From Pelomyxa schiedti (Eukaryota; Protista; Evosea): 64,000 nt of DNA. The translations under genes were made by a program, and so were the position numbers. Below the pieces are notes generated by a model. The model saw nothing but the letters and a program-made list of their open reading frames with translations, had not been told where the DNA came from and did not search any database. Below, one piece after another: positions 26,355-41,017 of the stretch; positions within the stretch are counted from its first letter, which is position 1, and every line of letters begins with the position of its first letter. The DNA is taken from positions 1 to 64,000 of the forward strand of contig JAHLWZ010000615.1 of NCBI GenBank assembly GCA_020536535.1, in the 5' to 3' direction.

Positions 26355-27659
26355 CTAAAGTGAGTGTATTTCCAGAGAAGTTGCACGCCAAAGGGGTCTA
26401 TCTGGGCTCTTCTCCAGGGTTACCAGCGCAAATGTCTCGAGCCTGTTGAAGTATGAGTGGGGTATGGGGTTTGTGTTAACTCACTGTAAGGCTCCACCAT
26501 TCAGTACAGGTATTTTCCCGACATAGCATGCTCCGGGTGCTTTGTGAGTGTGTCCATGAACGTTGAGAATGGTTTGTTGTGCCTTTGTGGTTTAGAAATC
26601 AGAAGAAGAGTGAAAAACGTACCCATTTCGATTCTGACAAGAGGCCTGCCAAAGAATTACTTCCGGCGTAAACGCATGGGACACTAACGTTGTCTACTGT
26701 AGTAGCTATTGACGGTTAAAATGGAAAGGAAGAGTCTTAAGACACACAAGAATTGGAGGGCCCAACGTGGGTCATAAGAATGATTGAATCGGTTGGACAA
26801 ATCGAAGTACTTATAGGAATAGAGGGTGTTTCTGTGCTGGAAAGGGCTTGTACAACTCCCTCACTGATCTGGTCATCTCGGCGAAAAGGGAAGGCTGCGG
26901 GGCGTTAGTAACTACTCCGGAATGTGATGAATACCTCCATACTCGTACTCAACTCCACCTCTTAGGGAAAATGAGTACAAGATGAAGTACAAGTGCAGCT
27001 GCATACTTTTGGGCAGGCATTGACCCTCCAAAGCCTGCAATCACCAAATTGGGTGCAATCCGAATACTTCTCAAGAGTCAGAAAACAAAAGATTACATTT
27101 GGCTCAAGATACCAGAGGCCGTGAATGTTAACGGAATTCGTTGTCAATCTTGGAGTTGGTAGTGTATATGTTGATGGGGCGTCATGCTATCTATTATGTA
27201 AAAAAAAAAAGGCGTTGCTTTGGGGGGCCTACATTTCCGGGGATGTAAACAACTCGCGTGCACAGGTTCTCAAGATAGCCTATAACACTACTCATCTCGC
27301 CTTCACATTCACAGCACTAGGAACAATTTTTCTAGGTGACCACTACAGCAATGTTATACACGTGACAATACACACTTTTTCAGGAATGGATACATCCGTT
27401 GACTTGAAAGAGCCCAGATCTCCAGGCAAAAGAATGAGGTCAATCCTGGCAGAACAGGTTAACCAACACAGCCGTGTTCAAAAAATGCTGGAGAGAACAA
27501 CTCTTCGTGACTGCGAGTGGCCCATTTTGCGAGAGCGTGCAAACACTCCATCTTTGCGTGCATGTCACTGACCACCAAGATCCTCAATCTGGTCTTACTC
27601 TCGTCAAACCACCACGTCCTCTTTTCTGTCGAAGACACCGGAGCTGTGCTCGTGGTCAT
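26355..27659 (-). CDS. Calcineurin-like metallophosphoesterase
   Basis: Spliced motifs VVSDMH, LPGDLG, PGNHD, MTHVGP, VHGHTH. Confidence 0.85.
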
Positions 27660-27810
27660 TGGCTTCGCCTTTGTTTTCTTTTTCTTTTCGTTCTCTCGAT
27701 TTGTGACGCCGAGTTTTCGTCCGCCTTGCTTTGTGGCATTCGTCCCCGGCTCACCTGTCAACGGGTTGCCTCTTGAGACATCAGATCTCCACAAACCAAA
27801 AAAAAAAAAA

Positions 27811-30800
27811 ATGACCGAGGGAGCCACCGTCACATGTCCTACGGGTGGGAGTATAACCGCCAGCCCAATGACGACAGTTACTACGTACTACGATGGCGGA
27901 GGTGGCATCGAACTCGCCACCACACTCACCCCACAACAGCAACAGCAACAACAAGGTCGCACTGTGCAGCCACAGTGCATGGACCTTACAATGGGATCTT
28001 CGCCGTGCTGCACTGGTGGCACGGATTCGGTGTATGCCGCGATGGGTGGGTGCTGCCAGGGAAAACCGCAGCTCGTTGCGGCCAACTACACCACAGATCG
28101 TATGATGCAAAGTGGACCAGGGGGAAACATCACTGTCGACCCCTCTGCTTATTCTGCAACAACGTCCGTGGGGTTGAGCCCTCTCCCAGGGGCGGTGCGG
28201 TATTTTATGCCACCTACACCCTCCCTGGGGATCCCTGGGGGGAATATGTGCCTGCCAACGGGTATGGTTTTGCCCGTTTCCATGATGGGCCAAAACAATC
28301 CCCTAATGCAGCCCTCAACAACTAATGGTCCAGCTGGGATCATTAACTGCAGCTCGGGGTGCCTTACCCCGTCTCCATCCACATCGTCGTCGCCATCGCC
28401 TTCCTCTGGGACGAGTCCAGGCATGCACGGCACTAACAACACAAGTACTGTCAACAACTTAACAGCCATTCCGAGCAACGCTAGTACAACTGGCAATATC
28501 CCACAGTCACAGTTGGCACAATATCAGATACAACTTGCTGCAAGTAACACCAGCCATCCACCTGCGTCCTCTGCCCCGGCACCTCGTCGCGGCCGACGGC
28601 CCAGGGCATCAAACGGTACCGGTGCAAGCCAAACAAGTACGGTTTCAATAAATTGAGTGAGTCTGACACTATTTCAGAAAAAAAAGATAACAAGACAAAA
28701 CTACAACAACATCCCGCTGCCCCTGGCCCTACCACTCGCACAAAACGTGGCAGGAAGGCAAAAGCTCCTCCACAAGCCATAACTACAATAAATTCCACCC
28801 AGATAACACACCCAGATCCAATGGCAGTACCACTCGATTTCTCTGGCAACTCAACCTCTACCATTTCTGGTACACAACAACTGCCTTACTCGATTTTACA
28901 TTCATCGGGTAATATCATTCAATCACTCCTGGGCAATAATTGTGGTACTCTTTGTAATACTAACGGTGATAATGAATCACCCAAAAGTAACGGCCTTCCT
29001 ATTAATAGCCTCTCTTCAGCACCTCTACCGCCACCACTGCCGTTACCACTTCCATTGCTTCCAACGCATCTCCCCATTCAAAGAGTGCCCCCGAACGTGA
29101 CACCAACTCCTGCACCGAACTCTGTACCCTTAAGCCCTATTTCCACCGCAAATGCTTCTGTCAGTACTCCCCTTGGCACTCCTTCCCTGAGTTATGATCC
29201 TTCAAGTGAAAACCGTATTCCTTGCATGGTACCTAATGAGACAAATGAAGACGAAAGCGACGAAATCAGTGAGGACCCACAATCTAAACGTGCAAGACAT
29301 CAGCTTCCACAATATGGTGTCTTGATGTGCAAAATTGGTGGCCGATGGCATTTGTTATCCTGTGGAACTGGAGCCACTATGAATTTTAGTTCCACCAATG
29401 TGCCATACTTCAACAACCCAAGTATGCCCAGCAGTATGGACAACGAAAAATCTACTATGCAAGGCCTCTCTCCGTTTGTGAGTTCTGTTACCTTCGGGGT
29501 GAATGGATATAGCTTGCCAAGCCCACACAATACACCCGGTACATGTGGTCAGTTTGAGTGTGAAGGTGCAACTATGGGGGGTGTTTGCAGAATCAGTGGC
29601 ATCCCCAGCATTCCACACTACAGTGAGATTGTTGATTCTCTGCGGCAGTACCTGCTTCAAAACTCAAACAGTGCTGTTTCCCAAACACAGCAAAAATATA
29701 TGAAAAACGCCGTTACATACCACGGCATTATGATCCCACAGCTCAAGCAACTATTTAGTACATTCTACACAGAAAAAATAGAGCAGTTTCCCCCTCATGT
29801 ACAAATATTCATAGCCTACAAGCTCTTTCAAAATGACTTCCGGGAGGAAAAGGAGGTTTGGGTTGGATAGTCTTCTAATTTTACCTCTCCAAGGTTGGAA
29901 TTTTGATTCTTCTGAAAAATATCAAGAACCTCTCTGGTTCTCACCTGCCTGATCTTGCTCTTCTCCTTGATAAGTACGTCAATGATTGGAGTACGTGCGA
30001 TTCTCTTGCCTCCAAGGTAAATTGTCTGATTGATTATATTCAACAAATGTCTTATCTCCAGATTTTGAGTGCACTTATCAAAGAAGAGGAAGCTCTCCAA
30101 AAACCAGTTGCCGAATGGGCTGACAGTCCAAGCATGTGGAGGCAACGAGCATGCTGCGTTGCCTTCGTTAAAATTGGAAGATTTAGGGACAACAGTATTG
30201 AGCTAGTGTTGGGAATCTGCTGCAGTTGTCTGAGGTTGGCATTCCATCCCCCCCTTTTTTTCTGAGTGTACAACAGAAATAATGAACGATTTGTTCAACT
30301 TGGGGTTGGATGGTTGTTGAGAGAATTAAGTGTATCCCACAAAGAAACAGTTATAAACTTTATAAGAGGTTTCATGAGGGCCTTAGAATTCTTCACTTAC
30401 GATCCAACAGAAAATTGCACCAGTATGTCAGCAGAGAGTGTGAGGTACGCCGTAGAGAAACTGGAACAACCCCTCAGAAAGGAGGTTATTGGCTATGTGA
30501 AGGCAGGAAAACTCACATCTCCTACGGTCTCTACAACGAATATGAATTCGAGTATGATGTTACCGAGTTTCAAACCCTATTGTAATCTCTGTCACCACAA
30601 CAGACCCCCCTGAATCGTCACAGATACCATATGAGACACAAAAACCATCTCTCAATACCAATCCACAATCCCAACCATTATCCCAGAATGAAGATACTCT
30701 TCTATCAAGTTCAATGACAACTTCACAAGCACAAAATGCCTTACAAGTTTTCACAAACTCCAATGATGGCTCTGATTTGGTTCGAAATCTTGACTCGATC

Positions 30801-32090
30801 ATAAATCGGTTGTCATCACCTCCAGGTCTCGATTTTTTAGACCCGAGTTTACCCCAAAATCCCCCATCTGGCACTCAGTCCGATTTTGCATCGGATAACT
30901 TTCAAGTGCCTGCAGTCATTGCAGAGGGGGAGCAAAAAGGGGGAGCTTCTGAAAAGCCTTCTCTCTCAAATCAACAAAAAAAGAATAAACCAGTTGTACC
31001 TCATCCTACCCCAGTAATGCAATCAAATCACATGAACACTCAGATACCACCAACACAACTTCAGACTTTAGTTCAGCCGTCCATTCCAACCGTTACACAA
31101 ATACAACCGCATCAATTTCAGACACAGCAAGCAGTACATCAATTCCCTGTACAATTAGCACAATCCAACCAAATACATAGCATAGCAGAGTTGCCTCATA
31201 CACTCTTTCCTGGGTTATATACCCAATCAAGTCCCATGCAAATTCTCACCATGCCTCAGTATTACATGATGCAACAGCAACTTATACAACCCCAAACAGC
31301 ACCAATACTTCCATCGCAACAAATACAATCTCCCCCTGTCGGAACCCAGTCCCAGCTGCAACAAGAAACAACTCTACACCAGTACGCTTCCACTCCACAA
31401 CTTCAACTTCAGTTGCAGGCACACCAACAGCTACTACAAGCACAACAGGCTCAAGTGCACTTGAGTCTTCCTCTTGCTACTACATTACTTCACCCAGGGA
31501 CTTCTCCTTCCAATCTTTTACATACGCAAATACACCAAGGAGAACTGGCGCAAACGCATGGCGTACCATCTCAGCTCATTACACTACCGATGCAAAAGTC
31601 ACCAATGGTAGCAGGAAGAGGACCCAGAGGGCCAACGCAATTAATCAAAACACCTCAAACCAGCCATTTCCTTCACCCACAACATCCACCAGTAAATTTC
31701 CCTAAAACCGGCCAACCGGCTGTCCAACACCACCCGCTCTCAAGCATTCACATCAATCCACCACAAGAAATCAACCGCACCAATCTGCAACCACCCACTC
31801 CGCAATTGCACCCACAATTACCAACGCAAGTTCAAGCCCAGAGCCAAGCAACACAACCCCCGGAACTTACTGCACAACCGCAATCACAGCCACAACTGCT
31901 GACTCAGCCACAACTGCATCAGCAACAGACTGGCAATAACCTTCAACCACAAACACACCCACAGACACTTCTCTCAATTCCAACTCAACACTTGAGCTCA
32001 CCACAGACACCCTCACAACAAATACAACTCCCAACCCAATTGAAACCCCCAGAACCAGCACCCACCACAGAAGCAACCACAGTAGAGTGA
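27811..32090 (+). CDS. Large low-complexity protein containing an AlkD-like DNA alkylation repair (HEAT-like repeat) domain
   Basis: QKYMKN...GIMIPQLK, FREEKEVG, VNDWSTCD, MWRQR, RFVQLGVGWLLRE, RYAVEKL at ~29620-30500; Q/P-rich tail. Confidence 0.85.
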
Positions 32091-32206
32091 TAAAATAGAT
32101 AGGCTTTTACCTGTACCATTACCCTTTTGAAAACGAGTCAGCAAAAAAAAAAAAGACAAACCAATCAGGAAACCGGGCAAAGGGAAAAAAAACACCGAAA
32201 TAAAGA

Positions 32207-35200
32207 ATGAAGCGGAGGTGGCGATGTGGCCTCGTACTTTTTGTGGTGTATATATGCATTATGGGAGAGACTGGAACGTGTCAGGAAACGGGTGGGGCCT
32301 CATCAGTTGTGTTGTCAGGCACAATTGGCAACCAGGGAGTGGAACCCACAATTTTGTTGTGCTCAATGGACGGTCGCATGCAAGCACTGGGAGCTGTATC
32401 GGGAACCCCAAAGTTGACTTTTTTTTTGTTTTCTGTTGTTATTGTTTTGCTCATTTTGGCTTAATAGGTGGGGCCTTGATATTCCAGGAGAAGAAAAAAG
32501 TTCATCAGACTTTTCTGGTGAGGCCACACCACATTTTATTCCTAGTGCAGATGGGTCTGGGTCACTGTATGCATTCAGCAAACACGCAGGAGGTTCCTCT
32601 CAGCTTGTTAGGCTTCCTGTCACTATGTCTGACATTGTATGTTGAAATTGAACCATGTAACTTACTATTTATAAAGACCACACATTAATATGTTTCAAGG
32701 TTTCTAATTCTCCTTTTATGAGCCCAGACGGAGTACTTTATGTGGGATCAAGAACTTCTAGTGTGTTCTTTGTAGATATAGAAAGGGGAACACTCTCACA
32801 GTAATACTCATACTTCCATTCATTTCTGAGGTCTTCTCAGGCTCAACTCACCAACTGAGAGTGTTCCTGAACACATTGACCCTTTGGATTTGGAAAGCTC
32901 TGGTGCTCACATTGGGCGCATTGATTACACCGTTACTGCTGTGGATTCCATCACCAACCGAGAGCTATGGAATGCAACCAGCAGCCAGTAAAGCTTCCCT
33001 TCGTTGTCTTTGTCTAACGTTCTAGGTATGTGGCTATTTCATCTGGGATGCCTGGGGTGCCAGGCACTGTACCTCAGGCCCAAAGATTTGCGGTTTCAGT
33101 TGGTGTAACTGGTGAAGTGAGGTGTGTTGATACACTTGTTGGTACACTACTATGGACATTCAAGTTAAAGACTCCTGCCATTGCTGCCTACCTCGTTTCT
33201 ACTGCCGTTGAAGTTCCAAACCTCTTACAGACAGTGAAACTGCCACTCTATTATTATGCGACTGACTCTTCCGTTGGAGGACTGCATAACGGCATTTTTG
33301 TGGGTGAGAGTGGAGGAAAGAGCTTTGCTTTACCTACTATTCAAACTGCTCTCCCCAGTAATATGGTTGCTTCTGGGCCAACCTTTACTCTCCTTCAACC
33401 AAATGTGCCCAAGTATTGGGATGCACAGAGAGATGATTATCCGTTAGCACTGCTTCCGGACTATTCAACAGTTTTTACTCTACTTGAAGGTCCTACATGC
33501 GCGGAAGATGAAGAACCAGAAGATACCATCCACTTTGTTACTGTAGTGGACAATTCGATAGCAAATGTTCCAACCGACCCCAAGCCTACAGAGTATCGCT
33601 TTTTCATTCTTGTGCCGTTCTCTATTTTGACAGGAACACTTGGTGCTCTCTTAACCATTCGCGCAATTTATAAGGTGAGGCAGTCCAGGGCACAACAACG
33701 ACCCAAGCAGAAGCAAGTACCTAAAGAGCATGGAAAGTGCACACTGAAGCAGGAAAATGCGGGTGAACCACAAACAACTCCGAATCAGGAGATTCCTGTT
33801 ATTCAGAGTTCAGCACAAACTACGGCTGCTACACCATCCCAACCCATAACACAAACAGTGACGAAAGTAGAGACGTTACCGACACCAAGCGCTGCAGCGA
33901 TAGTAACCCATACGTCCGCAGCCACAACAGAAACAACAGTGCCAGCGCCTACAGTACCACAGATTACACCAAAAGTTCCCACTCAAACAGAGCCCGCAGC
34001 TCTTAAACAAAAATCTGATGTGTCCCAAGAAGCTACCCAAAACGTACCCCAGAAACTTCCAAATGAGCAAACAACAAAAGAGGCTGTCCCTGTCCGCCCC
34101 ATAGAACCCTCACCATCGGAGATGAAACCTCGCCAAAAATCTGGAAAATCTAAACCCTCAAAAAGTCCTCAAAAACCAAATGCAAAGACAACCTCAAAGC
34201 AATCTTCTGCGTCTGCCGAGCCTCCAGAACAATTATCCACTAACGCCACATCTTCTGCAACTGCATCATCACTGAAACCTACAAGTTCTTTACCCGTAAG
34301 TTCGTTGAACCAAGCTACCACAACCGCATCGTCTTCAACAGTACCTACTACTATAGCTTCTTCTCGTATCACAACAACTTCTGACCCAAACTCTCCCGCA
34401 ATTCAGTGGAAAACCCATCTACATGTCGGCAAGGTAGTTGTTGATCTCACTCGCGTTCTTGGATATGGTAGTTGTGGTACCATTGTATATGAAGGCTGTC
34501 TAGAGGATGGCAGACGTGTAGCTGTTAAGAGAATGCTAAAGCAATTCTACGTCGTGGCACAACGAGAAGTTACTTTGCTATTGGAAAGTGACGAGCACCC
34601 AAATGTTGTGAGATACTACGTCCGTGAAGAAGATGAAAACTTCATGTTAGCACCGCCTTTCCCTCCAATAAATGACCCTATTCCACAGCTATCTTGCTCT
34701 CACGTACTGTGAAAAGACACTGACCAAATATGTTGAAGATAATGTACTCTTCACTTCACTTTCCACAGCACTTTCTCAAACAAGATTATAAAATCCTCCT
34801 CATTATCACTTGCCAACTTGACAAAGAATAGAAAGATGTTGGCTCTCTTTTGACTGAAGAGCTTAAGCAAATTATGGTTGACGTTGTGTCTGGAATAAGG
34901 TTGTTTACCAATCTCCATGAGATTTTAATTTCTCATAGCCATATTCACTCCTTGAATATCTGCCATCGTGATCTTAAGCCTGGTAATATGCAGTCAAACG
35001 GGGCTCCACTCATGTCATACAGATAACATCTTAATTGATACTAAGGGGCACGCACGTATTTCTGATATGGGTCTGGCCAAAAAAATGAAAGATAGCCAGT
35101 TTTCGTGCAGCGGTTCCAATACAGGTAGCTTTAGAAATGAATTTAATCTCAGATGTTATTCATGTGTGAAGGCAGTATTGGCTGGCAAGCTCCAGAGTTA

Positions 35201-36057
35201 ATTGATCCTCGTATTGGGAAGACAGGGGCTGCTGTTGACTCATTTGCACTTGGGTGTATCCTGTTTTACATTGTAGCCGATCGTTTCACCGTACTGAATT
35301 AAACACTACACAGGTTACTAATCGACACCCTTTTGGAGATAGACATAAGAGAGAGCAAAACATACTTGCAGGCAACTGTGACCTCTCCCCAATTGCGCAT
35401 TCAGTAGAGCTCCTGGACCTTGTGTCAAGATTACTTCTTCAAAATCCAGCAGATAGACTTCCAGTTTCACAAACACTCTATCACCCTTTTTTCTGGACTC
35501 CACAGGTACTGTGACCATAGTTTTTACGACTGACTTTAGTAAAAGAGGACTTTGAATTTCCTTGTCGTTGCTTCAGATAAATTGGAAAACGAAAAAGCCT
35601 CGTATGCACTTTCCAAATGACTGTTCTATGAGATGTAACATCCTGAGCAGATCGAGTATCGTTCAGGCTTTCGAGAGAATAGAGCCGAGTTGGGCAGCTG
35701 GTGCGGACCTATGCATCCGGTACTGGGTAAACAGGCTTGACCCAATGCTCGTAGCAGACTTGTCACATCACCGCTGGTATTCCTATGACTCTTGCCGAGA
35801 CTTACTCCGTGTCTTCCGCAACAAGGTCCATTCCATGCCCAACTTACCCAAAAATTGATTGATGCACCGTGAAGGTGAGCCATTACTATGAACTGGATGA
35901 GCAACTTAAGATCAGACTCGGCCGACTTCCGGATGGATTCCTTAGGTACTTCACCCAACGGTTCCCGACATTGGTGATGAGAACCTACAACATCATTGCA
36001 CTACACTGCCCAAATGACCCTGCTTTCACAGACTACTTGTACACCCACAAAATGTAA
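32207..36057 (+). CDS. IRE1: IRE1 Ser/Thr kinase/endoribonuclease
   Basis: Signal peptide and TM segment; GYGSCGTIVYEG, VAVKRML, ESDEHPNVVRYY, HRDLKP, ISDMGLAKK, GWQAPE; KEN domain DLLRVFRNK..HYYEL...YFTQRFP. Confidence 0.95.
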
Positions 36058-36097
36058 ATAAGAGAAGAAAGAGGCCATAAGCCAATAAAACATTTCT

Positions 36098-37402
36098 TTA
36101 GTTCTTCTCTGGTTCTTCACCACCCTGGATGTCAAGCTTCTTTTCTGGTGCTGGGTAGGGAATTCCTGGTATCTTGAGTATTCCGTTGTAGACAAAGCTG
36201 CTGGAAATAAGTACTACGAATCCACCAAGCTCCAGCCATGACCACACAGACCACATTTCACCAAAACCACTTGTTGGCCAGATAGTGTAGATAACCAGGT
36301 CAGTAACCCAAATGCAAGTAGTACGGACGGCCTCGAAAATTGTGCGGTTAACGGCGTTGAACAGGTCAGTGACGAACATGCCGTACACGTTGTAGAGTAG
36401 CACAGCGACGAAGAATACAACTATGCAGCCAATAAGATCGGCACTGGTCACCATGCACATGAACGAGTCAATGGTGTTTTCGAGGCTGTTGTGGGGCATG
36501 GTGCTGTAGTCGGTACCGGGAATTACGTAGGCAAGAGGGCAAGCAATGAACACCATCAGAAGAGTGCCCCATAGTCCCTCATAGCCCACCACACGGAGTG
36601 GGTCAAGGGAGAGATTCTTCAGCAAGAACTCCTCAGTGACGATTTGTCCAGCTTGAATGAGTTGGGAGAAAATGACGAGGCAGCACCCAACCATAGTCTC
36701 GGCCGCAGTAGACGGTATTCCAGGCTGTGGCATCAGCATACCAGCTGTACCAACCATCACCAACGCAACACAGCAAATACCGAGTCCAACCATTTGGTGG
36801 TAGTGAATTGGGCGCCCCAGGAAAATTCGTGAGAGAATAGAACTGAAGATAACCATTGAGCCACGAAGCATTTGGAAAACACTGACGGAAATATAGATCA
36901 GCCCAAAGGTCATCAGTGTGCTTGCAAGAAGGTCGAAAGTACACGGGACCATCATGATGATAGGGTTAGTCTTTTGCTTGGGCTCCTCTTTTTTCGGGAC
37001 CAGTCTAGCAGCCTCCCCAAATTCACGGCTTTCCGCAAGCTTCTTGGCGCGGAAATATGTAATAGCATCGGCAATCCAAGCAAGAGGCAGGGCCAAAGCC
37101 ATAGCACCAAACATGAGTATACTTTGGAAAAACGGTTTTTCGAACGGATGTTCTATGTCACCCCATCCCATGCAGAACATAGCCAAAGAAATCTAACCAA
37201 TTTTACCACAATAGTTTTTCTTTACAAGCGCATATTTAATTAACTGTTATCGTATTGTTTGTAGTATTGCCGTAACGTCGAGATCTGAAACTACCTTAGA
37301 CGAGATGGACGTGCAAGTGCCCATCACCAACATGCCCGTCAAAATATGAATACCCTTCGCGAGCTTCGCATTCTCGATGTTTCTGCCGAAAAGAACAACC
37401 AT
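36098..37402 (-). CDS. DMT/SLC35F6-like (nucleotide-sugar transporter-like) membrane protein, one intron
   Basis: HPFEKPFFQSILMF, VFQMLRGSMVIF, VVGYEGLWG, RTIFEAVRT; about 10 TM segments. Confidence 0.85.
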
Positions 37403-37685
37403 AGACTACGGCGATAACGCGTCTTCAATCAGAGATCTATGTACCCAAATCTACGGTATTCCCTCAACGGGCGCTGTGGCGCGGCACCAAAGGTTGTTTT
37501 TCTTTTTGAGTTTCGCGTTCGCCCCAGATCTGGGTGAATCAAAGTGCAAAAATAGCCCAAGATGGGGGAACTCGATCACTCCCCGAAAAAAATCGCTCTG
37601 CAGTTGCAGCGTCCAATATCGGCACGACGCCCGAACGAACGACATTTAGCTACGCTACCAGGGACAATAGCAAAACGAGGACACA

Positions 37686-38696
37686 ATGACGAGGGTGCCA
37701 TTTAAGTTACGCAAGTACCGCGAAAGATCTCAGCCAAAAGCACGTGCCCACTTGGGGTTTTTGCAAAAACATGCCGACTACAAAAAACGTGCTGAATATA
37801 CTCACAAGTGTGCATTTGGACCGCCTCCTTTTTTTTTTTGACTTTGGGTCTCTAAGGAAGAAGGAACTCCTTACGTCTTTGAAAGAGCAAGCACTAAATA
37901 GAAATCCGGATGAATATCACCCAACCATGAAAAATAGAAGAATGCGGGTTTTTTCCGATACTTTTCCCTCACTTCGTTCATAGCCGACAGGATGGCAAAC
38001 AATATAAAAGTAGAATGGAAACGGACTTGACCCCTGAAGAGCTGGCACTCATTCAGACCCAAGATACTGGGTACCTGCAATACGCCAAATCCATTGATGT
38101 CAAGGTTTTTCTTTGTCTTGTTCGCGGGATAAATTTGGCTCAACTTTACAAACCTAGAAAGTCCAAAGACTGGAAGCCAATCTTCATAGAATTGGTGCAA
38201 AGCCAGAAAATACAAGAATATTATTTGCCTCTTCTCCTGAAGAACAGGAGGCGCTTCAGAAACGAGTTATTGCTGAAAGTAGATCCACATTACCCGTCAA
38301 GTAAGATGACATTTCTTACCGTGCCTTTCATTTCAATATCCTCGTTATGTTTAGAATATTTTGATACCTCTCTAGATTACGTCCGGAGCAACTTTCTGCA
38401 GCATCTGTTGTTGTCGGGTCTATCGGCAAAGTAACTACCAAGGCGAGTTGTTTGTACCATTTCTTTCTTTAATTGCAGTGAAGGGCTTGGCAAAACTAGA
38501 AAAGCAGAAAAGAGATACCTACGCTGAACTTCACCAGCGCAAGCAACGCATAAAGAAATTCAATAAAATGCTGCGCACAGTAGACATTCAGCACTCACTC
38601 AGAAAAGTCAAAGACAAGAGAACGGAAATACAGAAAATTGTAGACCCGGAAACCGAAAAAGTTACTATCAAATTCACCTCAATCCGGCGTAAATAG
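37686..38696 (+). CDS. UTP11: U3 snoRNA-associated protein 11
   Basis: RKYRERSQP.ARAHLGFLQKHADYKKRA, ALNRNPDEY, TQDTGYL, YAELHQR, C-term RRK*. Confidence 0.9.
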
Positions 38697-38766
38697 ACCA
38701 ACAAACACTAAACAAACAAAGTATTGTACCCAAGCAAAAATAAAAAAAATTTTATATACAATTCTC

Positions 38767-41017
38767 TTATACTTTGTTTGGCCTTGACACAAACGGCAAG
38801 TTAACAGTTGTGGGGACCCAACAAGTCAAAAGTGCAGTGACGGCAGACAAACAAGCTAGTAGAACAAATGGGAAGTGGTAGTCAATAGGGAACACTACAA
38901 CAAAATACGTTTCGTTAGAACAGGAAAGAAGCAAGAGGATGAGAGACCTGTGTTGGAAAAAGACCAAGCCAGAAGAGGAGGAAAGATAGCAGGACTGAAG
39001 CCCCGGGTTAGAGCCACTAAGCTTTGTCCTATGCCGTTGGCTGTGCCCATATCCTATGCAGCTGGTATTAGGAAAAAGAGGGTGGAATAAGGGAAATAAC
39101 CTTATCACCAACACTGTTGGTTAGTAATGTTACAACGGCGGATATCACACATTGCCGGAAAAACTGGTAAATCAAGAGATACGATATAATGGCTGTCCAA
39201 ACTGCAGCAGTGTTGATAGGGACTAGTAATGAACAGAAAGGCAGGGCAAAAACCACAGGAGCGATTCCCAAGCTACCAAAGCGGTTCGTCCACAACAACC
39301 TTGCAGGTATGATATGAGTGTGTGTTGTGGGTCTGAGGAACAACTAGCACACTTCAGTCTATTGGCTATCCTCTTGTAAAAGAATAGCTGAGTTATAACC
39401 ATAGACAACCCACCCACGGAAATAGCAATTCCAATTTCGGTAGAATCAAAACCAAGACCACCACTTTCCGGTGTTGCAGATGCCCACACTGGAAAAAGTG
39501 TATCCATACCCGATTGCACAAAGCCCACATATGCATATCTAGGTGAAGCTAAGATATTGAAATTGCTCAAGAGTACCTACAGGAAACATATGAACAAAGG
39601 CAGTGCCCATTTCTTCCATAACGAGGTGAAATCACGCTTTACAGCAGGATCATTGACTTTCCCCACAAGTGCACCTTCACTTTTCTCAACTGGGAGCATT
39701 TCAACTTCACTTTGAAGGTTATTGATAACAGCTTCACCACATGAAGTAGTTGCAGTTGTATCATTCACAATAGACTCAGGTTCACAGGATTGTTTGAAGC
39801 CATTGGCTTCTATATCCAGTGCAAGGGATCCCTCATCTTTACCACTTGAGGTAAGAGGAGTTTCATCCTGGATCTGGAAAGTTGTTAGACTTGGTTGTAA
39901 ATTAATGTCAATCGCTGTTACATTTAATTGTTGTCTTGGGGGGTTCTCCTTAATGAATAGAACTGCCAAAACGAAACTGGCTATAATAAATACAGAGACT
40001 ATGAGGTTCGGCAGCAAGTAAGGAAACTTTCCAAAGAGACCTTTTGATTTGTAAGGACACTTGTGCAATTTTATGCGCACAGACAGCAGACCATCAGGAG
40101 AAAACACGGACGGAAGTTTTGTTGCCGGTCGCGCAGTGAGACCTCCCAATGTTGAACCTCCAATGGCCCCAAGGCCATACATCAACCCCAATAATGCAAA
40201 AGTTTGAATCCGATTCGTAGCATCGGTCAGCTCACCTGGGGAGGTCAGACTGGAAAAGAAGAAATGAATGTACATTGTACTACCTAAATAAGTTTTAGAA
40301 ACTCCAATATTGCCATTGAGGAGGCCATTGAGAGACCGTGCAGCAAGTGCGGCAGGGTAAGACCAGCTGATAGATTTGGGTGAAAAAAAATCATATGAGG
40401 TACTGTTTAACCTAAAGCCAAACATAATGGTAGACAAGAAGGACCCAAATGCACCAATGAGCATCACCGGCCTTCGACCTGAAGTGCCCATGAGATAAGA
40501 AGAAAGGGAAGTACTGAAGTACTAACCCACCCTTTCGATCAGAAATCCACCCAAGAGGAAATGAGCTCAAAAACTGACATAGGAAAAACGAACTGGTTAT
40601 AAAGCCAGCATAGTAGCCAACTTTGTCAGGATCATCAGTTACCCCCAGGTCTAAACCGAGAGGATTAAGTTGTAAAAAAAATCGGAATGCATGAGCAAGT
40701 TTCATACCAAGAACCATTTCTGGGATATACGCGGCAATTGATGTTCCCACCAGTCCTTCATTGATCATGAACATCTACACACAGCTCCCTCAATACTGTA
40801 TCACTCCCAAAAAAAAAAAAAAAAATTCACAAGGTACCAATACAGTCAGGAGCTTTGCACGTGGTACTCCAGGAGGCAGGATGGAATCCACCACACCACG
40901 AAACACTGAACCCATAATCCCTTTGCAGCTGCACGACGGCGTTGGATTTCCTCCCACCACTACCTCGTGTGACGACACAGACCCCATCTCGGGGTCCTCT
41001 GAAGACGTCGCTGGCAT
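38767..41017 (-). CDS. MFS transporter (ZIFL/TetA-like); start uncertain
   Basis: VGYYAGFITSSF, GWISDR.GRRPV (motif A), ARSLNGLLNGNIGVSKTYLGELTD, GGLGFDSTEIG. Confidence 0.85.
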
